From the NCBI RefSeq assembly GCF_020544465.1, contig NZ_CP066126.1, positions 2,877,260-2,901,259 of the forward strand: DNA of 24,000 nt. The letters run 5' to 3'. The notes under the pieces were generated by a model, which was not told where the DNA came from, searched no databases, and worked only from the letters and a program-made list of their open reading frames with translations. Source of the stretch: Chromobacterium rhizoryzae (GTDB taxonomy: Bacteria > Pseudomonadota > Gammaproteobacteria > Burkholderiales > Chromobacteriaceae). This document shows positions 10,024-18,696 of the stretch, one piece after another. The first letter of the stretch is position 1. The number at the start of each line of letters is the position of its first letter. The position numbers and the translations under genes were made by a program.

Positions 10024-11412
10024 ATGCCTACCTTGTTCTCTACCGCCCCGCGTCGCGGTCCCTTGGCTTTGGCGCTGAGCTTAGGGGTATTGCTAAGCCC
10101 CGATGTCATTCAAGCCGAAAGCCAAAACCCGGCCTGGAACGGCACGGTTCTGGGCTTCGAACCGCAGGCCGGCGACTTGCTCAGCACCGATACCGGTATT
10201 CGCAACCGGCTGGAACAATATGGTTTTCGTTATCGCCTGGCCCACGTCAGCCAAACCGCCTACAACGCCAAAGGCGGTTACAACAAGGACAAGAAAGCCG
10301 AATACATCGACCAGTTTTCGCTGACCTTCAGCCAAAGCCTGGAGGCGCTGACCGGCATGCCCGATGCCGCGATCGAGGGCAATATCGTCAACCGCAATCA
10401 TGACAACAATCTGACCAGCACGCGGCTGCAAGACCCACGCGTCGGTTTCAACGATCTGGCGCAGGAAAGCTGGGGCGGCCAGTCCATTACCCGGCTGGGC
10501 TGGCTGACCTTCCGTCGCAGCTTTCTCGACGGCAGATTGCAGTGGCGGATAGGACTGATGAACAAGGTGCAGGACTTCGACCAGATCATTCCCTGCGATT
10601 TCCAGACCTTGAATCTGTGCGGAGGAAAATCCGCCGGCTCGCGCACTTGGTACAACTGGAACGTGCACTACTGGGGCACAAGCTTACAGTACCGGCTCAC
10701 TCCGGAAGTCACCCTGAAAACCGGCCTGCTGGAACAGAACCCGCAAGCGCCATCACGCAGCCACGCCTGGAGCGTATCCACCGACGGCAGCCGCGGCATC
10801 CTGCTGCCGCTGGAAGCGGAATGGAAAACCCGCCATTTTGGCCTGCCAGGCATTTACATGCTGGGATTGCTCTATACCAATGCCAAGCAACGCGACTTCT
10901 ACGCCGGAGCATCCGGAGGCGCGGGAACGGACGACCCCGCGGGGTATCGGCACTACCGCAATACTTGGTATCTGTACACCGGCTTCAATCAACAGCTGAC
11001 TCGCCGCCTTGAAACAGCCAACCGCGGGCTCAGCCTCTCCTGGAGCTTGGGCGTGGCCGATCAACGCAGCAACGCCCGGTCCTATGCCAGCTCCTTGTCC
11101 TTACGCTATCGCGGACCATTTGATGCCCGGCCAAATGACTGGCTGGCCTTGGGCGTATCCAAATTTCAGGCCAGCCCCAACTGGCGCCGCAGCCAGAACC
11201 TGCTGAATCAGCGAGCCGGCGTCAGCGACTATCAGGACCCGCTTTACGCGCCGCTGCCGGAATCCTCGGTCAACGCCGAATTGATCTACCGCTACCAGGT
11301 CTGGCCCTGGCTGGAGTTGCAACCCGGACTCCAATACTGGGTGCGGCCGGGAGGGCTGGTTCAGACGCCCAATGCCTGGGTCGTGGGCCTAAAAACCACC
11401 CTCAACTTCTGA
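10024..11412 (+). CDS. OprB-family carbohydrate-selective outer-membrane porin
   Basis: 462 aa. Signal-peptide-like N-terminus (…LALALSLGVLLSPDVIQA/ES). OprB-like N-terminal region (GDLLSTDTGIRNRLEQYGFRYRL...NAKGG). Alternating beta-strand pattern and a C-terminal aromatic residue (…GLKTTLNF). GGAG lies 8 nt upstream. It is co-directional with the bgl genes. Confidence 0.85.
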   Translation: MPTLFSTAPRRGPLALALSLGVLLSPDVIQAESQNPAWNGTVLGFEPQAGDLLSTDTGIRNRLEQYGFRYRLAHVSQTAYNAKGGYNKDKKAEYIDQFSLTFSQSLEALTGMPDAAIEGNIVNRNHDNNLTSTRLQDPRVGFNDLAQESWGGQSITRLGWLTFRRSFLDGRLQWRIGLMNKVQDFDQIIPCDFQTLNLCGGKSAGSRTWYNWNVHYWGTSLQYRLTPEVTLKTGLLEQNPQAPSRSHAWSVSTDGSRGILLPLEAEWKTRHFGLPGIYMLGLLYTNAKQRDFYAGASGGAGTDDPAGYRHYRNTWYLYTGFNQQLTRRLETANRGLSLSWSLGVADQRSNARSYASSLSLRYRGPFDARPNDWLALGVSKFQASPNWRRSQNLLNQRAGVSDYQDPLYAPLPESSVNAELIYRYQVWPWLELQPGLQYWVRPGGLVQTPNAWVVGLKTTLNF

Positions 11413-11462
11413 TATCGCCAATCTTCTTGAGTTTTTCAGAGGGGTCAAACCTAAGGAATGCC

Positions 11463-11771
11463 ATGACAACGACCTTGCCCGCCATGGAGCAATTAAGGCG
11501 CTTGAACCAGAACCTGAGCAATACACAGGACCAGAGCGCCTTGCCGCAGCTTGGCCGGCAACTGGCCCGGCAATGCGAAGAGATGGACGCCCGTCTGACG
11601 CAGGGCCTGATCGACATCCGAGCCGCCCATCTCGGCCTGCAGGCCATCCTGACCCTGCTGCAGCGCCGCGACGAGCCCTTGCTGTGGAGCAGCGAGGAAG
11701 CCGCGGCGCTGCTGGAGCCGCTGCAACAGCGCCTGAGCCAGGGCTTAAGCCGCATCAACCGCCTGGTCTAG
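11463..11771 (+). CDS. Hypothetical protein, 102 aa, Leu/Gln-rich, predicted all-helical
   Basis: ORF track 11427..11771. The start is moved to ATG 11463 (AAGGA 7 nt upstream); the track start is a TTG without an SD. Third-position G/C bias supports coding. No motif recognised. Confidence 0.6.
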   Translation: MTTTLPAMEQLRRLNQNLSNTQDQSALPQLGRQLARQCEEMDARLTQGLIDIRAAHLGLQAILTLLQRRDEPLLWSSEEAAALLEPLQQRLSQGLSRINRLV

Positions 11772-11805
11772 CCCGCCTGGCCTCCCTGCCGGCGGCCGGC
11801 GGGCC

Positions 11806-14800
11806 TCAGGTGCCGCTCTCGCTCAACAGCCCCGCCAGGGTCAGCAGCCCGGACGCGCCGGTGGCGCCGTTGGGATCGGCGACATCCTCGCTCTGCGGGA
11901 TGACCGACGCATCCGTCGGGCCCAGCCACAGCGGGGCCAGCCGGCTGAGGCCGCCTTGCATCAGCAGATCCGAGATCAGATCAAAGGCCGCGGCGGGCGA
12001 TTGCAGGCGCAGCCATTCCGAGGCCGGCAGCCCCGCCGCGTCCGTTGGGCTCACCTGCAGCTTGGCCGCCATCAGTTGCCGGCGGAAGGCGCTCACCTTG
12101 CGGCTGTAACCGCCGGCGATGTCCCGATCGAACGAGGCCACCGCCATGCTGCCGTCGAAGGTCATGCCGCGGCGCCGAAAATGGGTGGCGCCGCTCAGGC
12201 ACCAGACGTCGTCGACAATGACGGTGGTGGTGCGCAGCTGCGCCCAGCGGCCGGGGAAGCCGCGCGGGTGGAACACCGCCACGCGCGCCGCGCCGGCGCT
12301 TTGCAGGATGTCCACGGCGTCCTTGCGCTGGGCGATCGCCCTGCGCACAAAGGGCGCGTACGCGGGCGCGAAGTCCGTCTCGCGCGGCAGGCAGACAATC
12401 ACTTTCAGATTGGGGTTGGCCGCCATCCGGTCCGCTATCTTTTGCGCAAGGTCTATCTCATAGGCGGCGGGCGGGCCGCTGGGCCGCGCGGTGCGGGCGA
12501 AACCGGCGGTCTCGATGTAGATCAGTTCATCGGCCTCGCCGATGGCGCGGGTCAGCGCCCAGAGCGAATCGCGGTTGCCGTGCTTGGAGACGAAGAATTC
12601 GCGCCGCACCGCGTTGATCAGCCGGTCTTCGTTGGAGATGGTGATGGACGGCGCGCTGCCCAGCCCCAAGGCGGCGGCCAGCTGGTTGAGCAGGTTCTGG
12701 AAGGTGATAGGCGAGGACGAGCCCAGCGGGTTGTCGTCGGGCAGCAAGGACAGCTCCGGCGTTTCGCATACCGCGCACACCGTTTCCAGCGCCACGCCCG
12801 AGGAGCTGCCGGGCGTGGCCGCCGGCGCGGCGGCGGGCGGGTTGAAGTTGTTGCCGCCGGACATGGCGATCCAGCCCGGCGTGCTGTCTCCGGGCAAGGG
12901 AAAGATGGGCTGGACGCGGCGCAGCGCGTGCTGGGCCAGGTCGTAAGCCAGCGCGCCGGTGACGCGCACGCCCGGCGCATGGGTGTCCGGGCCGGCGGGG
13001 TTGCCGGGGTTGGCGTTGGCGTGGTCCGCCGATCGGCTTTCGCGCGCCCAGCGGCCGCCGCTGAGCACCGCGTCCCAGTCCAGCCCCGCCGATACGTTGG
13101 CGCTGGGGACGCCGGTGACGACGATCGCGTCGAAGCGCGCCATGGTGGGCATGCGCGGCCCTTGGCGCGGCTGGGTTTCGGACATCAGCGCGCGCGCCAG
13201 GTCCGCCGCGGTGGCCGGGGAGCCGCCCGGCGGCGTCACGGTGCGCGGCAGGCCGAAGAGCGGCACCGGGCAGATGGATTTGATGTTGTCCGGCCAGGCC
13301 GCCAGCGGGTCTCCGGCGGCGAAGGGGTCGGCCGGCGCGGCCGCCGGCCCGGCGGCGATGACGGCGCGCTGCGCCGCCCACATGCGCCGCCGCCCGGTGC
13401 GCGGCGCGATCACCAGGTCATAGACCAGGGTGCCGGGGCTGGGCAGCGGGTCCCCGGGCTTCAGGCCAAACGGGTTGCGCACCAGCACCTGCACCGGGCT
13501 GCCCGCCGCGGCGATCGCCGCGCCGCCGTCCGCGCGCAGGAAGGAGAGCTCCTCGCCTATGGCCTGGATCAGCTGGAAGCGCTGCGCGAAAACGCGCACG
13601 GTGGCGCCGCTGGGCGCGAAATCGGCCGGGATGGCCACCACCACGTCGTTGGTTCCGGACCAGGCGGCGGTGACGCCGGCTGGCGGCGCCATGCCCGCGC
13701 CAAAGCCGGCATTGGTGTTGGGGCCGGGAAAAGCCGGCCAGTGCGCGCCCGCGCCCGGCGCGGCGGCGGTGCCCACGCCGGATTCAAAGGTGGGCGACAC
13801 GGCGAACATCAGCGCGCCGGCGCCGGCCCCCATCATGCGTCCCGCCGTCTGAGACGCCGCGGCCAACATGTCCGGGCCGTCCGCCAGGTAATCCACGGTT
13901 ACGCCGTCCCTGACCTGGGGCTGCAGGTCCGCCGGTATTTTCTGGTCGTCCGCGGGGATGCCGTTGACCGCGGAGGCGGTGCGGTTGCCGCGCAAATGCC
14001 AATCCAGGTCCACGGCGAAGGCGCGGACGAACTGGCGCGCCAGCGTCACGCCCGCCGGCAGATTGGGCACGGTGAGCGGTCCGGCCGACATGGTGCCGCC
14101 GCCGGCCCAGCCCAGGCGCAGCCTGGCCGCCGCGCCGGCTCCCGTGCCCGCCAGTTGCTGGCCGGCGCTCATGGCCACCAGCCCTGCCGCGCCCAGCGCC
14201 GTGGACGAGCCGCCGCCGGACGCCTGCCTTTCCACGCCGGGGCCGCCGCCCACCGCTGAAAACGCGCGCCCGTGCAACGTGGCCACCTGGGCGAGCACGC
14301 CGCCGGCCAGGCCGGCAATGCTGCGCACCCCGCCCGCCGCCGCGGGCGATACCGCGCCGGCGCTGATATCCAGCGCGGGAAACGCCGTTTGCAGATCGTC
14401 CAGCATGGCGGCCACCGCGACGGGGTCGACGATGAGTCCGCGCGCATCGTGAAAACTCAGCGCCGCGCCCGCGGCCCCGGCCGGCAGGTCATCGCCCGGA
14501 TCGTAGCTGTGCGGCGAGACGTTGTCCGTCAGGCCGCGGACAATCAGGGTATGCGGCACGGCGCGCACCTGGGGCTGCCCGGGCGCGGCGTAACGGCCGG
14601 CGGCCAGCGTCTCCAGCCGCGCCGCCGCCTGCGGATGCAGGCGCAGCGCCGCGCCGGCCCCGCTCAGGGGCGCGCCGTCCGCCGCGCGGAACGCGGCCAG
14701 GCTGTCCAGGTATTCAAGAATGCCGCGCCACGGCGCTTTGGGCGCGCCGGCAAAGGCGAGCGTGAGCGCCGCGCCGTCAAACGCGGGGTTGGCCCCGCCC

Positions 14801-14904
14801 CAGCGAGGCCCCAGCCGCAGCGCGGTCAGCCCCAGCGCGTCCAGTCCGTGGTCCTTGAGCGCCTGCGCGGCGCCCGCCGGCGTCAACGTGAAAACCGTCA
14901 CCAT
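11806..14904 (-). CDS. Giant hypothetical protein C, 1032 aa. The N-terminal ~680 aa are Ala/Gly/Pro-rich and unknown; the C-terminal ~300 aa form a PLD-like domain with a degenerate HKD motif.
   Basis: ORF track 11806..15114. The start is set at ATG 14904 because TAAGGAGCGCGCCATG couples it to the upstream gene, and the track's N-terminal 70 aa are Arg/Pro-rich junk overlapping that gene. C-terminal strings: NRDSLWALTRAIGEADELIYIETAGFA and LRTTTVIVDDVWCLSGATHFRRRG. Confidence 0.8.
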   Translation of the reverse strand: MVTVFTLTPAGAAQALKDHGLDALGLTALRLGPRWGGANPAFDGAALTLAFAGAPKAPWRGILEYLDSLAAFRAADGAPLSGAGAALRLHPQAAARLETLAAGRYAAPGQPQVRAVPHTLIVRGLTDNVSPHSYDPGDDLPAGAAGAALSFHDARGLIVDPVAVAAMLDDLQTAFPALDISAGAVSPAAAGGVRSIAGLAGGVLAQVATLHGRAFSAVGGGPGVERQASGGGSSTALGAAGLVAMSAGQQLAGTGAGAAARLRLGWAGGGTMSAGPLTVPNLPAGVTLARQFVRAFAVDLDWHLRGNRTASAVNGIPADDQKIPADLQPQVRDGVTVDYLADGPDMLAAASQTAGRMMGAGAGALMFAVSPTFESGVGTAAAPGAGAHWPAFPGPNTNAGFGAGMAPPAGVTAAWSGTNDVVVAIPADFAPSGATVRVFAQRFQLIQAIGEELSFLRADGGAAIAAAGSPVQVLVRNPFGLKPGDPLPSPGTLVYDLVIAPRTGRRRMWAAQRAVIAAGPAAAPADPFAAGDPLAAWPDNIKSICPVPLFGLPRTVTPPGGSPATAADLARALMSETQPRQGPRMPTMARFDAIVVTGVPSANVSAGLDWDAVLSGGRWARESRSADHANANPGNPAGPDTHAPGVRVTGALAYDLAQHALRRVQPIFPLPGDSTPGWIAMSGGNNFNPPAAAPAATPGSSSGVALETVCAVCETPELSLLPDDNPLGSSSPITFQNLLNQLAAALGLGSAPSITISNEDRLINAVRREFFVSKHGNRDSLWALTRAIGEADELIYIETAGFARTARPSGPPAAYEIDLAQKIADRMAANPNLKVIVCLPRETDFAPAYAPFVRRAIAQRKDAVDILQSAGAARVAVFHPRGFPGRWAQLRTTTVIVDDVWCLSGATHFRRRGMTFDGSMAVASFDRDIAGGYSRKVSAFRRQLMAAKLQVSPTDAAGLPASEWLRLQSPAAAFDLISDLLMQGGLSRLAPLWLGPTDASVIPQSEDVADPNGATGASGLLTLAGLLSESGT

Positions 14905-14914
14905 GGCGCGCTCC

Positions 14915-17900
14915 TTATCCGTGGGCCCGTTGTTCGACCGTGCGGCCGTCGGGCGTGATGATGCGAACCAAGACGCCGCGCAAGGCCAGCGCCGAGACGA
15001 TGGCGAAATGGTCGTGCGCCGGCGCGGCCTGCCGCGCCACGGCCGGCCCCGACGCGCCGAGGACGGGCCTGCCGGACACGGTGGGCACCGAGCCCAGCTC
15101 CGCCTCGAACACATAGACCCCGTTGATCAGCTTGAACTGGGACGGCGCGGGACGCGGGCCGATGATGATGGGTGGGATTCCTATGCCGCCTATGCCGCCC
15201 AGCCCGGGCGGCAGCCGCGGCGAGAGGGGCGGAATGGTCGGCAAGGGCCGGATGGGCGGTATCGGCGTAATGGGCGGAACCGACGGTTCGGGCGTCAGTT
15301 CTATGCGCAGACGATAGACCCCGCCCGCATCGCTGTCCGGCGCGTTGCTGCTAAAGGTGTAGGCCTTGCCGGATGGCGACAGGGCCGCGCCGACGATGGG
15401 CGACAACAGCGGCAGCGGGACGATGGAGCCGGACGGGATGGCCAGCGTACGCTCGCTCGCGCGTCCCAGCGGGTCCGTCATCCGCACCGTCACCGACACC
15501 GCGTCGCCCATGGCGGCGCGACGCACCAGCAGCCGGTATTGGGTGGGGCCGCCGTCTATGCGCCAGACGTCCGTGCCGGTGACGGGCGGCGCCAGGCCCA
15601 GCTTGTCGAGCGCCGTCTGCCGCCGCAACAGGGGCGCGCCGCCGGCCAGGACGGCTTCCACCGACAGCATGTGCGGCCCGGCCGGCGTGGCCGCCACCGG
15701 CGCGTTGGAGCTGAACTGCAGCAGCACCGCGGCCGGATCGCCGCCGGGCCAGCTCATCGTCAGCGGGGACAGGTCCGGCGGCCCGGCCGGCGGGATCAGC
15801 ACCGACACCGCGGGCGACGGCCGCGAACGCCCCTTGAGCACGCCGCGCAGCGCGTCGTCGTCGCTCCAGGCCACGGCGCGATACCAGACATTGCGCCATG
15901 AGCCGCTGGGGCGGTCTTCGCCGGCCAGGCGGGCGATCCAGTCGCCGCCGCCGTCCGGCGCGCTCACCGTCCAGCCGCCGCCGCTGGCCATGACGCTGGC
16001 GATTGGCGGGCCCATGCTGTCCAGCGCGCGCGCCGCGTCGTCCACGCGCACGCGGTACAGGTCTATGCGCTTGGGCCGCGCGCCGGCACCGCCGCGCGTG
16101 CCCACCCGGATGCGCGCCCGGTAGTCCGGCGCGGCGGGCGGTTTGTCGAACACCATCTGCACTTCTATCGTTGGCGGCGCGGGCTCGGCCACGCGCGGCG
16201 CGGCGTAGGCGATGAGCGCCTGATCCGCGTTCGGCCCGCTGGGCCAGGCCGCTTCGTGGCCGCCCGCCATCATGGGCAGCACGGTGTAGACGTGGATGTC
16301 GCGCGAGCCGCGCGGCATCGTCACGTCGGCGGCGGTGACGGTGATCAGTTCGGCGTTGCGGCGGATGAAGTCCCGGCGGATGGGGTTGGCCTTGAACGCC
16401 TGCTTGATCGTGCTCAGCCGCTGGCTGAGCGTGCGTTCCGGCGTGGGTTCCGGCTGCCCGGGGTGGCTGCTGAGGATGCGGGTTTCGGTGCTTTCGTACA
16501 CCGCGTAGCCCACGGCGCCGGCCACGGCCGCCCAGCTCAGGTGCGCGTGGCATTCGCCGGCGGCGTCCGGCAGGCTGGCGAGCTGGACGATGTCCACGAC
16601 GGTGGGCCGCGCGCGCGGATCGGAGGCGTAAGCCAGGCGCGGCGTAGGCGGCCAGGGGCCGCTGCGGTGCGGCGCGATGGCCTCCACCGCGCGCGCCTCC
16701 AGCACCAGGCCGATATGCGGCGTGGCGCCGAAGTCCAGCGAGAAGCCTGGAATCGTCAGCCGGTAACGCCGGCTGCTGCCCTGCGCGGCGTGGCCGGGCG
16801 TCACCACCGCCGCGCCTTCCGCGTCCAGCGCATCCACCGTGCCGCCGGCCAGCGCGGGCGCGTCGCCGGCGAAAGTCAGCTGCATGGCCGCCGCCGCGCC
16901 GCCCAGCGATTTTTGCAGCCCCGCCGGCGCGGGCGCGGCCGGCGGAGCGCTGCTGCGCGTGGCCGCGGCGAACAGGCGGCCGCGCAGATCGATGCGCGAC
17001 GGGGTGCGCACGCGCCAGTCCACCGATATCTCGCACACCAGGGACGCCGCGCAGACGCTGCCACTGCCCGGGTCCGTCGCGCGCAGGTCGGCGGACAGGA
17101 ACTGCACCGGCGAGAGGTCCGGCTGGCCCACGGTGATGGCCGCCGCCGCCCAGGGGCTCCAGATGCCGAAAATATTCTGGGTGGCCGCCGCATACGTCAT
17201 GGCCACGCTGCCCGGATCATTGGGGACGGCGAGCGCGCCGTCGGTGGCGCTCTGGCGCGTCGGCTCCGGGTCGCGGTCGTTGCGCGCGCTGCCGATGGGG
17301 CGATGGCCGCCGGCCTGAGCGTGCTTTTGCAGCAGCGCCTCGGCCGCGCCGGGCGCGCCGTTGCGGCGCCGCGCCGCGGCGTAGCTGGCCACCGCGCTCA
17401 GCTGGTTCAAGGGAAAGCGCTCCCAGCTCGCCCGGATCGACGCCAGCCAGTCCCGGTCCGCCTGAGACGGCCGCAGATTGGCCTGGAAGTCCACCGCGAA
17501 ATCCGCCGGCGTGGGCGCGGGCAAGGCCAGGCCCGGACGCGGCACCAGCGCGGCGAACTCCACCGGCCCCGACGCCCCGTCCAGCCCCTTGTCCCACAGG
17601 CCGGTGATCAGCCAGTCCCAATCGCTGCGGCTGGCGTCGCCGAACAGCTGGCTGCTGGCGAAGTTGATGGGCGGAATGTCCTCGTCCGCGTAGCCGGTGC
17701 CGTAGCCCAGCGTCACGGCCAGCAGCGGATCGGTCGACGCCGCCATCGCCAACAGCCCCACCGGCGACAGATCGGCCTTGCCCGGGTCCGTGGCGGGCAT
17801 GGTTTCGCCGGCCGGGTTCTGCGGCGGATCGATGGTGAAGGTGAAGCGTTTGGCCGCCTGCTGATTGGGCGGCAGCGAGGCCACGTCATGCAGCATGGGC

Positions 17901-18685
17901 AGCAGTTCGATGGCGCTCTCGTCCACCAGCTTGGCCGGGTCCGGCAATTGCCACATCGGCGCCGGCGCGGCGTCCGGAAACGCCGGCCACCAGCCCAGCG
18001 GATTGACGCCGCGCTGGTAGCGGTCCACCGCCGCGTCCGGCGCCGGCATTTCCGCGCCCACCCTGCCCTGTTTGACGCCGTGGCGCTGGCCCAGCCCCGC
18101 CCAGTCCGCCTCCGCCACCGGCAGCCCCACCGTTTCCACCAGCTGCCAGCCTTCCACTTTTTCCAGTTCGTCGGCGTTGAGCCCGGTGGGCGCGTCGTAG
18201 CTGGAGACGTTGACCAGCATCAGCCCGGTGATCAGCGGCGCCTGAAACTCCAGGGTGTCGCTGCCGCCCGCGGCCAGGGTGCGGGACTGCACGGCCACGA
18301 TGGCCTCCAGCACCGGCGGTCCGGCCAGCACGGCCACGCTGAGCATGCCGCCGGCGCTGGAATGCACGGTCAGCCGCGCCGAAGCCAGCGGCGCGTCGAA
18401 CTGAATGATGCGGAACAGCGGCGGCAAGGCCAGTTCTTCATAGCCCACCGGATGCGGCTGGCCCAGCGGCGTGGCCGGACGGCGCCAAACCTTGAAGGGC
18501 TCGCTGGGCAGCCCGGCCGCGGGGCTGGTCTGCCAGCGCAGCAGCAGCGCGCGCCGTTTGGGCGGCACCATGGTCGCCGCGCCGATATTGGGGTTGACTC
18601 CGCCGCGCTGGCGCAGGAGGGCGGTGAAATCCACCAGGGCGCCTTGCGCGTTCAGGATCGCGGGGTCGTAGATACGGGTCGCCAT
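14915..18685 (-). CDS. Giant hypothetical protein B, 1256 aa, with an FN3-like signature and a C-terminal Pro/Ile/Gly-rich segment
   Basis: Same frame as track ORF 14915..20206, but the start is set at ATG 18685 (MATRIYDPAILNAQG...), preceded by TGAGGAGCCCCGAG. The track's upstream 507 aa are Arg/Gly/Ala-rich and overlap the preceding gene out of frame. Signature HLSWAAVAGAVGYAVYES at 16490-16543. Confidence 0.8.
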   Translation of the reverse strand: MATRIYDPAILNAQGALVDFTALLRQRGGVNPNIGAATMVPPKRRALLLRWQTSPAAGLPSEPFKVWRRPATPLGQPHPVGYEELALPPLFRIIQFDAPLASARLTVHSSAGGMLSVAVLAGPPVLEAIVAVQSRTLAAGGSDTLEFQAPLITGLMLVNVSSYDAPTGLNADELEKVEGWQLVETVGLPVAEADWAGLGQRHGVKQGRVGAEMPAPDAAVDRYQRGVNPLGWWPAFPDAAPAPMWQLPDPAKLVDESAIELLPMLHDVASLPPNQQAAKRFTFTIDPPQNPAGETMPATDPGKADLSPVGLLAMAASTDPLLAVTLGYGTGYADEDIPPINFASSQLFGDASRSDWDWLITGLWDKGLDGASGPVEFAALVPRPGLALPAPTPADFAVDFQANLRPSQADRDWLASIRASWERFPLNQLSAVASYAAARRRNGAPGAAEALLQKHAQAGGHRPIGSARNDRDPEPTRQSATDGALAVPNDPGSVAMTYAAATQNIFGIWSPWAAAAITVGQPDLSPVQFLSADLRATDPGSGSVCAASLVCEISVDWRVRTPSRIDLRGRLFAAATRSSAPPAAPAPAGLQKSLGGAAAAMQLTFAGDAPALAGGTVDALDAEGAAVVTPGHAAQGSSRRYRLTIPGFSLDFGATPHIGLVLEARAVEAIAPHRSGPWPPTPRLAYASDPRARPTVVDIVQLASLPDAAGECHAHLSWAAVAGAVGYAVYESTETRILSSHPGQPEPTPERTLSQRLSTIKQAFKANPIRRDFIRRNAELITVTAADVTMPRGSRDIHVYTVLPMMAGGHEAAWPSGPNADQALIAYAAPRVAEPAPPTIEVQMVFDKPPAAPDYRARIRVGTRGGAGARPKRIDLYRVRVDDAARALDSMGPPIASVMASGGGWTVSAPDGGGDWIARLAGEDRPSGSWRNVWYRAVAWSDDDALRGVLKGRSRPSPAVSVLIPPAGPPDLSPLTMSWPGGDPAAVLLQFSSNAPVAATPAGPHMLSVEAVLAGGAPLLRRQTALDKLGLAPPVTGTDVWRIDGGPTQYRLLVRRAAMGDAVSVTVRMTDPLGRASERTLAIPSGSIVPLPLLSPIVGAALSPSGKAYTFSSNAPDSDAGGVYRLRIELTPEPSVPPITPIPPIRPLPTIPPLSPRLPPGLGGIGGIGIPPIIIGPRPAPSQFKLINGVYVFEAELGSVPTVSGRPVLGASGPAVARQAAPAHDHFAIVSALALRGVLVRIITPDGRTVEQRAHG

Positions 18686-18696
18686 CTCGGGGCTCC

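Noticed and set aside
11412-11462. Possible terminator after the porin gene (CTCAA...TTGAG followed by TTTTT)
   Set aside because: The stem is only 5 bp and the loop is about 23 nt, which is too weak to call.
12100-12620. Annotating protein C as an active phospholipase D or nuclease effector
   Set aside because: The positions aligned to His and Lys of the HxK(x)4D motif read Arg and Thr, and only one half-motif is present. Catalytic activity cannot be claimed.
14905-15114. The 70-aa N-terminal extension of track ORF 11806..15114
   Set aside because: It overlaps the end of protein B and has an Arg/Pro/Ser-rich junk composition. TAAGGAGCGCGCCATG at 14904 gives a coupled start.
15137-15300. 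Possible tandem DNA repeat or CRISPR-like periodicity in the GGC/GAT-rich stretch
   Set aside because: The periodicity is imperfect and codon-level. It encodes the Pro/Ile/Gly linker of protein B, and there are no repeat-spacer units.
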